NCBI GenBank assembly: GCA_963788655.1
Contig: CAWBHS010000038.1
Coordinates: forward strand, 96,001-160,000
Length of the DNA: 64,000 nt
DNA from: an uncultured Verrucomicrobiae bacterium
Lineage (GTDB): Bacteria > Verrucomicrobiota > Verrucomicrobiia > Limisphaerales > JAFGQR01
Direction: 5' to 3'
Shown: positions 54,594 to 64,000 of the stretch, piece by piece
How positions within the stretch are numbered: position 1 is the stretch's first letter
Layout of the letters: every line of letters begins with the position of its first letter
The notes under the pieces: model-generated
What the model saw: the letters and a program-made list of their open reading frames with translations, nothing else
Database searches by the model: none
What the model was told of the DNA's origin: nothing
Translations under genes and position numbers: made by a program

Positions 54594-56505
54594 AACTCGA
54601 CGCCAAAATACCTTCCGGCCCCATGGCCGAAAAATGGGACCGGCACAAGTTTGACATCAAGCTCGTCAACCCGGCCAATAAGCGGAAATACGAAGTCATT
54701 GTGGTCGGTTCCGGACTGGCCGGCGCTTCGGGTGCCGCCACCCTGGCGGAACTGGGTTACCAGGTGAAATGCTTTTGCTACCAGGACAGCCCGCGTCGGG
54801 CCCACAGCATCGCCGCCCAGGGCGGCATCAACGCGGCCAAGAATTACCCCAACGACGGCGACAGCGTGTACCGCCTGTTTTACGACACGATCAAAGGCGG
54901 CGACTTCCGGTCGCGCGAAGCCAATGTGTATCGCCTGGCGCAGGTGAGCGTGAACATCATTGACCAATGCGTGGCGCAAGGCGTGCCGTTCGCCCGCGAA
55001 TACGGCGGGCTGCTGGACAATCGTTCCTTCGGCGGCGCGCAGGTGTCGCGGACGTTTTATGCGCGCGGGCAGACGGGGCAACAGCTCCTGCTGGGCGCTT
55101 ACCAGGCCCTGGCCCGGCAGATCGGCAAGGGCACCGTAAAGATGTTCCCGCGGACCGAGATGGTTGAGCTGGTGCTGGTCGATGGCCATGCCAAGGGAAT
55201 TGTGGTGCGCAACCTGGTCACCGGCGAGATCAGTTCGCACGCGGCCGATGCGGTCGTGCTGGCCACCGGCGGTTATGGCAATACGTTCTTCCTTTCGACC
55301 AACGCGGTGGGCTGCAACGTGACGGCAACCTTTCGCGCTTACAAGAAAGGCGCTTGTTTCGCCAATCCGTGTTATACCCAAATCCATCCCACGTGCATTC
55401 CAGTCAGCGGCGAACATCAGTCCAAGCTGACGCTGATGTCGGAGTCGCTTCGCAATGACGGACGCGTGTGGGTGCCGAAGAAGAAAGGCGATCAGCGTAA
55501 GCCGCCGGGACGATTCCCGAAGCCGAACGCGATTATTATCTCGAACGCAAGTATCCCAGCTTTGGCAACCTGGCGCCGCGCGACATCTCGTCTCGTTCTG
55601 CCAAGGAAGTCTGCGACGACGGCCGCGGGGTAGGGCCGAGCGGGCTGGGCGTGTATCTCGATTTTGCCGACGCCATCAACCGGGTCGGCGAAAACACCAT
55701 TCGCGAGCGCTACGGCAACCTGTTCGAAATGTATGAGCGCATCACCGGCGAAAACGCCTATCAGCAGCCGATGCGCATTTTCCCCGCGGTGCATTACGCC
55801 ATGGGCGGGCTGTGGGTGGATTACAATTTGATGAGCAACGTGCCCGGCCTGTTCGTGGTCGGCGAAGCCAATTTCTCCGATCACGGCGCCAATCGCCTGG
55901 GCGCCAGCGCGCTGATGCAAGGCTTGGCGGACGGATATTTTGTTCTGCCGTACACGATTGGCAATTACTTCGCCTCGGAAAAGCGGGAACGACCCGCGCC
56001 CACGCATCCTGAGTTCAAGCAAGCGGAGGAGAAATTCCAGGCCTTCACCAAGAAGCTGCTGTCGATCAATGGCAATCGCACGGTCCGCTCACTCCACCGC
56101 GAATTGGGCAAGCTGTTGTGGAACGACTGCGGCATGGCGCGTAGCCAGGAAAGCCTGACGCAGGCGCTGAAACGCATCCCGGAATTGCGCGAAGAGTTTT
56201 GGAAGAACGTGAAGGTGACCGGGGAAAATGGCGAACTCAACCAGATGCTGGAATACGCCGGGCGGGTGGCGGACTTCCTTGAATTTGCCGAATTGCTTTG
56301 TCTGGACGCGCTGACCCGCGAGGAGTCGTGCGGCGGCCATTTCCGCGTGGAACATCAAACCGAAGAAGGCGAAGCCAAACGGGACGATGCCAACTTTTCG
56401 CACGTCAGCGCCTGGGAATACCAGGGCCAGGACAAGCCGCCGGTGTTGCACAAGGAACCGTTGGTCTATGACGAAGTCCACATGTCCACGCGGAGTTACA
56501 AGTAA
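54590..56505 (+). CDS. sdhA: Succinate dehydrogenase/fumarate reductase flavoprotein (frameshift near 55500)
   Basis: [46 protein letters not shown]. Confidence 0.95.
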
Positions 56506-56532
56506 GCAAACACAGTCGAAACGAATTGGTTC

Positions 56533-57285
56533 ATGAATCTCACTCTGAAAGTCTGGCGGCAAAAGAATGCCAATACTCCGGGCCGGTTTGAAACCTACGA
56601 GGCCAAGGATGTTTCCCCGGACATGTCCTTTCTCGAAATGCTCGACGTGGTCAACGAGGAACTCGTCACCCGCGGCGAATCGCCGATTGCATTCGACTCG
56701 GACTGCCGCGAAGGCATCTGCGGCACCTGTTCGCTGGTGATTAACGGCGTCCCGCATGGCGGCCACAAGGGCACGACCGTTTGCCAACTCCACATGCGGC
56801 ATTTCCATGATGGCCAGACGCTCACCATCGAACCTTGGCGCGCCAAGCCGTTTCCGCTGCTCAAGGACTTGATTGTCGATCGGAACGCCTTTGATCGCAT
56901 TATTCAGGCGGGCGGCTTTGTTTCCGTCCGCACGGGCGGTGCGCCGGATGCCAACTTGATTCCCATTCCGAAGCCGGTGGCCGATCTGGCCATGGACGCG
57001 GCCGCGTGCATTGGCTGCGGGGCCTGCGTGGCCGCCTGCAAGAACGCCAGCGCCATGCTGTTCGTGGCCGCGAAAGTATCGCACCTCGGTTTGTTGCCGC
57101 AGGGCAAGGCCGAACAGGACCGCCGGGTTCTCAACATGGTGCAAACCATGGACGCCGAAGGCTTCGGCAATTGCACGGTGACCGGTTCGTGCGAGGCGGT
57201 CTGCCCGAAGGAGATCACCTTGGACTTCATCTCCCGCATGAACCGCGACTACGGGTGGGCCTTGATCAAAGGCCAACCGGTCTGA
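56533..57285 (+). CDS. sdhB: Succinate dehydrogenase/fumarate reductase Fe-S subunit
   Basis: [16 protein letters not shown]...[14 protein letters not shown]. Confidence 0.95.
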   Translation: MNLTLKVWRQKNANTPGRFETYEAKDVSPDMSFLEMLDVVNEELVTRGESPIAFDSDCREGICGTCSLVINGVPHGGHKGTTVCQLHMRHFHDGQTLTIEPWRAKPFPLLKDLIVDRNAFDRIIQAGGFVSVRTGGAPDANLIPIPKPVADLAMDAAACIGCGACVAACKNASAMLFVAAKVSHLGLLPQGKAEQDRRVLNMVQTMDAEGFGNCTVTGSCEAVCPKEITLDFISRMNRDYGWALIKGQPV

Positions 57286-57343
57286 TGGTTCGGAGATCCG
57301 GGCCCGAACATCTTTAGGATGCTCCTCGATAAAGGGCGCCTCC

Positions 57344-57542
57344 TTCCCCCTCACCCCGGCCCTCTCCCTCGGGGAGAGGGAGAATCGAACTCCGCCGGTT
57401 TGAAATGGTGGAGGTGTTTGGTGCTTCGGGCGGGCTGGTATGCGAACAGGCAAGACTGGAGTTTGGAATCGGTGCTTCCGAGTATCTGGCAACCTCCGAC
57501 TGCTGTTCCCTCTCCCTGGGGAGAGGGTTAGGGTGAAGGGAA
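57344..57542. repeat. REP-like inverted pair (CCCTCACCCCGGCCCTCTCCC family)
   Basis: 57344-57384 and its near-inverse 57506-57542. Confidence 0.8.
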
Positions 57543-57687
57543 ACTGGCGGCTACGGAAGTTTCGCTGGGCGCTCAAATTTTGCGCGCTTCGCCAGCAAAG
57601 CCGGACGCTTCCCGCAACCAGTGACCTCCCAACCATTCCGCCATTCTGCGCTTCCCAAGTGCGGCTGCGCCCGCTTAAATGGCCGCG

Positions 57688-58374
57688 ATGAAGCATGCAG
57701 GCAAAGCCCGACGCGCCGGTTGGCAGATTATCTTTTGGACCCTCGTCCTGTTGCTGGCGATGGTCGTTGGCGGAGTGGTGGTCACGGTGGTCAGCTCATT
57801 GGTTGCCGTCATCGCGGCGGTGTTGGTGGTGCTGTGGGTTCTGTTTGCGTTGTTCACACTTTATTTCTTCCGCGATCCGGACCCAATTGCGCCCACCATT
57901 CCCAATGCCATCGTGGCGCCCGCGCACGGCAAGGTCGATATTATCGATGAAACCACCGAGCGCGAATTCATGGGCGGGCCGTGCCAACGAATTTCAATCT
58001 TTCTCTCGATCTTCAACGTCCACGTGCAAAACGCACCGGTCAGCGGCACGATCAAGTATCACCAGTATAATCCGGGAAAGTTTCTCAGTGCCACCAAGAC
58101 CCATTCGGCGGAATTCAATGAGAACGTGCTGATGGGCATTGAGCTGAGCGAATATCCGGGCGAGAAAATCGGGCTGCGATTGATTGCCGGGATGATTGCC
58201 CGCCGGGTCGTTTCCTGGATCAATGTCGGCGAGGTCGTGACGCGCAGTGAGCGGATCAGCTTGATCCGGTATGGCTCGCGTTGCGATTTGTATCTGCCCC
58301 GTTCGGTCAAGATCCACGTCAAGCTGGGCGAAAAAGTCAAAGGCGGCGAAACCATCGTGGCGTCGTTCCCCTGA
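57688..58374 (+). CDS. psd: Phosphatidylserine decarboxylase proenzyme
   Basis: YFFRDP, IFLSIFNVHVQNAP, IRYGSRCD cleavage site. Confidence 0.92.
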   Translation: MKHAGKARRAGWQIIFWTLVLLLAMVVGGVVVTVVSSLVAVIAAVLVVLWVLFALFTLYFFRDPDPIAPTIPNAIVAPAHGKVDIIDETTEREFMGGPCQRISIFLSIFNVHVQNAPVSGTIKYHQYNPGKFLSATKTHSAEFNENVLMGIELSEYPGEKIGLRLIAGMIARRVVSWINVGEVVTRSERISLIRYGSRCDLYLPRSVKIHVKLGEKVKGGETIVASFP

Positions 58375-58379
58375 AGCTC

Positions 58380-59259
58380 ATGGATGTTACTCCTCCATCA
58401 TCAGCCAGCGATTCGGCGTCCTCCGAACCGAAACTGAAGATCTATTTCCTCCCGAACCTGCTCACGGCGGGCAACCTGTTCTGCGGCTTCATTGCGCTGA
58501 CCAAAATTGTCGAGGCCGATCTGCAGTCGCCGGATTTCCACAAGGTCATCCGGATGGCGTTGTTCTACATTCTACTGGCCTGCATCTTCGACTTGCTGGA
58601 CGGCCGGGTTGCGCGGTTGGGTGGCCGGGAAAGTCCCTTCGGGCGCGAGTTCGATTCGCTGGCGGACATGGTTTCGTTCGGTGCCGCCCCGGCGTTTCTG
58701 GTGCATCGGATCGTGCTGGCGGATGTCTTCCGGGATTTGCCGCGGTTGGGCTGGTTCATCGCCTCCATCTACCTCATCTGCGGCGCGTTTCGGTTGGCAC
58801 GTTTCAACTGCCTGGCCGCGGTCAAGAATCCGGCGACCACCGGTAAGGAGTTTCTGGGATTTCCCATCCCCATGGCGGCGGGACTGGTGGCCTCCGTGAC
58901 GCTGTTTCTGTTGTGGGTGGATGAGCATGATTTCCCGACCAGTCGCTGGCGTTACATCTTGCCGGTGATGATGGTGTTTCTCTCGCTGATGATGGTCAGC
59001 CGGGTGAAGTATCCGAGTTTCAAGACGTTGGATTTGCGGGCCACGCGGACCTTCCCCAAAATGCTGTTGATCGTGGTGGTGGTGGGATTTTTTCTGTTGA
59101 TGTGGGATCGCATCTTGCAAGTCGTGCTGCCTTGCATCTTCACGATGTATCTCCTATACGGATTTATTCGCCCGCGCATCTCCCGAAAAATGCGGCGCGA
59201 AATCGAAGAAGAAGAAGACGATGAGGATGAGGACGAACCGACGTCCGGCTCAGCCTTGA
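58380..59259 (+). CDS. pssA: CDP-diacylglycerol--serine O-phosphatidyltransferase (true stop probably near 59259)
   Basis: LPNLLTAGNLFCG, DLLDGRVAR...FGREFDSLADMVSFG, RLARFN, MVSRVKYPSFK; follows psd. Confidence 0.9.
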
Positions 59260-59265
59260 ACGCGC

Positions 59266-60009
59266 ATGCTGGGCGACCATCCCAACCTCCTGGCGGCGTT
59301 AACCGGTTTTATCAGCGGCCTGTTGCTCTCCATCCCCGTCGGGCCGGTCAATTTGACCATCATGAACGAAGGGGCGCGTCGTGGTTTTTGGTGGGCCGCC
59401 ATGATCGGCTTGGGCGCGACGGTGATGGAAGTAGTCTATTGCACCCTGGCGTTCACAGGATTCGCTTCGTTTTTCGATCGGGGGTATGTCAAAGCCGCCA
59501 TGGAACTGGTCAGCTTTGTCTTTATGCTGTATCTGGGCGTCAAATTCCTGGTGGCCAAATCGGTGAGCGTGTCGTCCATCATCATGCCCACCCGTAGTCA
59601 CCTCGAAGAACGGATCGAGGAACGCATCGAAGAAAAGCTTCATCCGCACTCGGCCTTCATGACCGGCTTGGTGCGGGTCATGGCCAATCCGGGAGTGTTC
59701 ATTTTCTGGATCATCCTGGCGGCCAACTTCATTTCGCGCGAATGGGTGATGCCGAATCCTCGCAGCAAACTGGCATGCATCGTGGGGGTAGCGGTGGCAA
59801 CCGGCGCGTGGTTTTTCGGGCTTAGTTGGGCGGTATCACTGGGGCACAGGAAGTTCAATGAGAAGACCCTGTTGCGCATGGAGCACATCTCGGGAGTCAT
59901 TCTGCTGGCCTTGGCGTTGGCCCACGGCGGTCACATTGTCTGGCAAATGGCCCACCAACAACTGGAACTGCCGATGCGTGACAAGATCATGCAGAAGCTG
60001 CACTGGTAG
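59266..60009 (+). CDS. LysE-family transporter
   Basis: IPVGPVNL...GARRGF, ANPGVFIFW, six TM helices. Confidence 0.85.
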   Translation: MLGDHPNLLAALTGFISGLLLSIPVGPVNLTIMNEGARRGFWWAAMIGLGATVMEVVYCTLAFTGFASFFDRGYVKAAMELVSFVFMLYLGVKFLVAKSVSVSSIIMPTRSHLEERIEERIEEKLHPHSAFMTGLVRVMANPGVFIFWIILAANFISREWVMPNPRSKLACIVGVAVATGAWFFGLSWAVSLGHRKFNEKTLLRMEHISGVILLALALAHGGHIVWQMAHQQLELPMRDKIMQKLHW

Positions 60010-60326
60010 GGAAGGCTGGTCGGAATTTGGCCAGGCGTTCGAAGTAACGTTTAGCCGGCGTCTTCCCGGTCGAATGAACCTCACTGAAGGAAAGAGCCAA
60101 TATCCAAAGACCAAGGTCCAAAGAAGTCCCAAATCCCCAAATCCAATCCAAATTCGCAGAACCTTCTGTGGATTATCTGGTCATTGGGCCTTGAGTCGCG
60201 ACCGCCGTTCCAAACTGCCGGCAGGATGCCGGCAGCACGTTGGGCGCCGGACCCACCGAGTTCGCGCCCTGCAAACCAACCGTTCCTCATCCGGCATCCG
60301 GCATCCAGGTTCCCCGCGCCCTTTCG

Positions 60327-61237
60327 TCACTTCTGCTTCATCCGGCTTTCCATAACGCGGATGAAATTCTTGTATTTGGCTTGGTCCACATCCGAGGTGC
60401 TCAACGCCAGCGCTTCTTTAGCCATGGCCAAGCCCTCTTCCTGCTTGCCGGATTCGAACAGCGCGATGGACCGGGTTCCCAGAACGCGGTGGTCTTTGCT
60501 CTTCGCCAGTTTCTCCGCCTTGTTCAACGCTTCATTGGCCAGGGCAAAATCTTTGTGCTGATTCCGCATGTTGGCCACGATGGCAAACGCAAAATCCACC
60601 AGTGTCTGCACATCATTTCCAGCGTCGTTCAGGAGCTTGCGGCCGAGTTCCTTGGCTTTGGGATCTTCTTTGGCGGCGAGCTGCTGATATTCCTGGAGCG
60701 CATTACGGGCGGCATCCCGCTGCAGCGCGGCTTCGAGACTATATTTACCGGCGACCATTTGCTCCAAGGCTTCCTCCAATCCGGACATGGGATGCCCATG
60801 CCAGATAACTTTGCCCTGTTTGCTAATCACGAAGGCGTGCGGAATACCGTTCTGGGCGTAAGCCCGCATATAGTCCGCATTCGATTGGCGGTTGTCGTCG
60901 CAGGCGACCACGTAATCCATTTATCGCCCATCTTTTCCACGAACGGCTTTACCTTGCTTGGGGCCTCGTCGCTGATGCCGATCATGACGACGCCTTTGTC
61001 TTTGAACTTCTTTTGAATTTCAGTCAGGTGCGGGATGCTGACTTTGCACGGGCCGCACCAAGTGGCCCAGAACTCGACGACGTATAGGTTCTTACCATCA
61101 AGGATGTTGGCGGGTTTGCCTTTGACCCATTCCTTGATGGTCAAAGCCTTGGCCGCATCACCCAATTTCGCCGCGGTGACTGAATTCAAACTTAAACCGG
61201 CCATCACGGCCCCCAGGAGGAAGGTATTGAGTTTCAT
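60327..61237 (-). CDS. TlpA/redoxin-family thiol-disulfide protein with helical C-terminus (frameshift near 60920)
   Basis: Signal peptide; VEFWATWCGPC; GIPHAFVI...WHGHP in the next frame. Confidence 0.88.
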
Positions 61238-61427
61238 AAAATCGATAACGTTCATTTGATGCCCTAAATCACCGCATTGGGCAAGCTTGAATGTGCGCAA
61301 ATTCAGGGGGAACGGGGCCAATTCGGGAAAATGGGTACAACCACTGATGGACACTGATTCAACTCACGCATTCAATGGCATCGTGCGCGCTGGGCGCGCT
61401 CCCCTGAGCTGGATGCCTGCTTACCGG

Positions 61428-62861
61428 TTAGCGGCAGCCTTTCAGAAAATAAGCTTGCAGCTCGCCGCAGCCTTTGATTTCGATGCGGCCGCGCGGTTCG
61501 AGGCAGAACTTGTCCTTGAGCCGCAGGTAGGTTGTCTCGCTGGTCTGGATGCAGCCGACCTGGCCTTTGGTCTGGAGGCGGTTCGCCACGTTGACCGTGT
61601 CACCCCACAGGTCGTAGGCGAACTTGTTCTGGCCGATGATGCCGGCAATGACGGGACCGGTGTGCATTCCAATCCGCAAACCGAGCCGCAAACCCCGGCG
61701 GACGTTGATCCGCTGGATCGCCTCCAACACGTCGAGCGCCATGGCGGCCACGGCTTCGGCATGGTCCTCGCGTGGCGTCGGCAAGCCCCCGACCACCATG
61801 TAGGCGTCGCCAATGGTTTTGATCTTCTCCAGGGAGTGCCGGGCTACCAGCGTGTCAAATTCGGAGAACACCTCGTTCAGAATTTCCACCAATTCGGTGG
61901 CGGTGATTTCCGTCGCCAGCTTCGAGAAATCCGCCAGGTCCGCAAACAGCACCGTGACGTCGCTGAAACTGTCCACGATGTGCGACTCGCCCTGCTTGAG
62001 CCGGGCGGCGACCTGGGCGGGCAGCGTGTTCAGCAACAACCGGTCGGTGTTCTCACGTTCCAATTGGATTTGCCGGAGGTAGGCGGCTTCCTTGTCGTGG
62101 AGTCGTTTCTTTTCGAGACAGGTTTCCACCCGCGCGCGCAGCAACACGGGATTGAACGGTTTGGGCAGGAAATCGTCGGCGCCCATTTCGATCCCTTTGA
62201 CGACGGTGTTCATGTCCGCGAGTCCGGAAATGATGATCACCGGGATGTCACGCAACCGGGCATCGGCGCGGATTTGGGCCAGCGTTTGGAAGCCGTTCAT
62301 CTCCGGCATGATCAAGTCCAGGAGCACGAGATCGAAGTTGCCTTGCTGGAGCAGGGTCAGCGCTTCTTCCCCGGTCAGCGCGACCGAGGCGAGATAGCCG
62401 CGCTGCTCCAGCAACAGCGAAACAATCGTGGCCGATTCTGCGTCATCGTCCACGATCAAAATTGAACTGCCCACCGCCGAAGTGGGAGGGGCCGCCGCCT
62501 GGTGCGCCGCCAATTGGCTTTCGATCAAACTGGAGAGCAACGGGCTCATCTCCAGACGGATCGTTTCGGTGCCTGGGGAAAGGTTGAATTTGGCGATAAG
62601 CCGGCGGCCGGCTTCGGCGATCTTTTCGAATTCGGGCACCATGTTGTCCCGGCCCAGCGCACGGGCTTGGGCGACGAGCCGTTCGGCGATGGCCAGCAAC
62701 TCATTCATCGGCGCGATCATGAGCTGTCGGCCGCCGCGTGACATGAAGAACGTGGTATCGACTCCGGACGCGCGGGCAAAAACCACCCCTTCCGTCGGTG
62801 GAGTGTTCTCGGCAGACGGCGGCAAATCCTCGGTTACTGAGGAGTTCAACATGATGCGCAA
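61428..62861 (-). CDS. Response-regulator receiver + class III adenylate/guanylate cyclase
   Basis: ILIVDDD, LLDLIMP, FLPKP; VLFADL, KIKTIGDAYM, RIGMHTGP, YDLWGDTVNVANRL. Confidence 0.93.
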   Translation of the reverse strand: MRIMLNSSVTEDLPPSAENTPPTEGVVFARASGVDTTFFMSRGGRQLMIAPMNELLAIAERLVAQARALGRDNMVPEFEKIAEAGRRLIAKFNLSPGTETIRLEMSPLLSSLIESQLAAHQAAAPPTSAVGSSILIVDDDAESATIVSLLLEQRGYLASVALTGEEALTLLQQGNFDLVLLDLIMPEMNGFQTLAQIRADARLRDIPVIIISGLADMNTVVKGIEMGADDFLPKPFNPVLLRARVETCLEKKRLHDKEAAYLRQIQLERENTDRLLLNTLPAQVAARLKQGESHIVDSFSDVTVLFADLADFSKLATEITATELVEILNEVFSEFDTLVARHSLEKIKTIGDAYMVVGGLPTPREDHAEAVAAMALDVLEAIQRINVRRGLRLGLRIGMHTGPVIAGIIGQNKFAYDLWGDTVNVANRLQTKGQVGCIQTSETTYLRLKDKFCLEPRGRIEIKGCGELQAYFLKGCR

Positions 62862-63091
62862 CTATATGCTTGTAGGCGCGTTAGCCAGTTTGCCCTATTG
62901 CCGGTTAACAATTCATCCGCGCACACTTCCCTGCCGGGCAAACCGCAGTGAAACGTTTCAAAGCATGATCGCTGCCGAGATGGCAAACGGACTGTTCAGA
63001 GGCAGGAGCGTGCGAGGCAAGGCGAGAATCCGTCGAGCCCTGCCAGGATTTGGTTGCGGTATTGGCGTTCGGTGGCTTGGTGATCACCAAC

Positions 63092-63116
63092 AAAAAAGCC
63101 ACCCGTGTTGGGTGGC
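63092..63116 (-). terminator. Intrinsic terminator
   Basis: On the - strand GCCACCC-aacac-GGGTGGC followed by TTTTTT. Confidence 0.75.
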
Positions 63117-63145
63117 AGTGCAACCATTTCCCGGTGGCAAACCGG

Positions 63146-63298
63146 TTATGCGGGAGCGGGATCCTCTTGCGCTTTCGGTTTCAGTGCTGGAGCCGCTGGC
63201 CTGGTTGCCGGCTTCCCGCTCTTGAGCGCGATCTTCTTGCGTTTGACGTATAGCTCACGTCGTTTGCGTTTTTCGACTTTGTTCTTTTGTTGACCCAT
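63146..63298 (-). CDS. Small highly basic protein (50 aa; below the ORF-track cutoff)
   Basis: MGQQKNKVEKRKRRELYVKRKKIALKSGKPATRPAAPALKPKAQEDPAPA*; followed 30 bp later by a terminator. Confidence 0.65.
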   Translation of the reverse strand: MGQQKNKVEKRKRRELYVKRKKIALKSGKPATRPAAPALKPKAQEDPAPA

Positions 63299-63344
63299 AA
63301 ACTCTTTACTTTGTCATCCTGATTCGTTTCTTTGGGGAGTGACT

Positions 63345-63872
63345 ATGAAGTGCTGTACTGTCCAGTTCAATCTCATTCTGAGCCTGGCCTTGATAATGGT
63401 CGTGGCCGGTTGCGCCAGCCCCGGTCCCAACGGGGCCAGAGTCAAAGATCCGACCGTCTTGCGCTTCCATTTGGAAGTGAATCCTGATGGCACGGGCCGG
63501 AATAAACCGGTTAGCGTCAATCGCTCGACGCCGTTTATGGTGAATGTCAACAAGGAGCCCTTTGTGACGGAATATAACGTGATGGATGCCGCGGTGGTGG
63601 ACGACTCGCTGGGCGGGTTCTTCATCCACGTGCAATTCAACCACCAAGGCACCTTGCTGTTGGAGCAGTATTCAACCGCCAACAAAGGAAAACAAATCGC
63701 CATCTTCACCCAATTCGATGACACCGCCCGCTGGTTGGCCGCGCCGGTTTTGAAGGAGCGCATTGCCAATGGCGCCTTTGCCTTCACGCCGGATGCCAGC
63801 CGGGAGGAAGCTGAACGCATTGTCCTCGGGTTGAACGAATTGGGTAAGCAGGTCAGGAAAGACGAATTCTAA
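63345..63872 (+). CDS. Lipoprotein resembling a stand-alone SecD/SecF P1-head domain
   Basis: Lipobox VVAGC; IHVQFNHQG...TANKGKQIAIF...AAPVLKERIANG...EEAERIVLGLN pattern. Confidence 0.65.
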   Translation: MKCCTVQFNLILSLALIMVVAGCASPGPNGARVKDPTVLRFHLEVNPDGTGRNKPVSVNRSTPFMVNVNKEPFVTEYNVMDAAVVDDSLGGFFIHVQFNHQGTLLLEQYSTANKGKQIAIFTQFDDTARWLAAPVLKERIANGAFAFTPDASREEAERIVLGLNELGKQVRKDEF

Positions 63873-64000
63873 GCCTCCGCCGTAGCTGTCATGGAACGAC
63901 TTTCTCGCCCCAGGCGGGCCTATCCGTCCAACCGTCCAACCCGCACCGCTGCTGACGGATTCGACCTGATCCGGATGCCTCCAATCCCACGTACGGCACC

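Noticed and set aside
55480..55520. Programmed frameshifting in sdhA (or metG, glgB)
   Set aside because: No slippery heptamer/hairpin pattern, and indels are widespread, so error is the simpler explanation.
58281..59597. 438-aa pssA ORF overlapping the LysE gene by ~330 bp
   Set aside because: The extension past the acidic tail is an alternative frame of LysE; a TGA at 59257-59259 just off frame suggests an indel artefact.

Overview
GC-rich bacterial DNA, most consistent with Verrucomicrobiota (Pedosphaerales/Limisphaerales-like). The assignment is inferred from Planctomycete-type cytochrome c domains, PQQ-like beta-propellers, DUF3500, a prepilin-like ORF and several REP-like palindrome families. 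Many genes, including metG and sdhA, carry single-base frameshifts, so most frameshifts are probably long-read consensus errors. Layout: 1-11 kb is an eroded accessory region (fragmented two-component genes, AbrB/PIN toxin-antitoxin pair, ECF sigma, FAD oxidoreductase, Gfo/Idh/MocA, ORFans). 11.5-19.1 kb is a putative operon of two PQQ-like propellers, an EhpF-like adenylating enzyme, a small ORF and an Fe-ADH, divergent from a MarR gene. 19-26 kb holds glgB, DUF456, a truncated kinase, a GH36 and a pilin-like gene. 26.3-29 kb is a defence-island relic (DUF1998 helicase split by IS630, hsdR fragment). 29-37.3 kb is the best candidate for a novel system: a secreted cupredoxin/Ig/PQQ-sugar-dehydrogenase/4xCHRD protein, an 8-heme lipoprotein cytochrome, an outer-membrane beta-barrel fused to a heme-c domain, and a DUF2231-cytochrome c membrane protein. 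Together they look like a porin-cytochrome electron conduit with its own surface dehydrogenase. 41-64 kb is mostly housekeeping (rlmD-like, DUF2723-TPR, GT4, WecA-like, metG, prolyl oligopeptidase, sdhCAB, psd, pssA, LysE, redoxin, adenylate cyclase), plus an unannotated 50-aa basic ORF. No rRNA, tRNA or CRISPR array was found. All family calls come from motif recognition by eye, not database searches.
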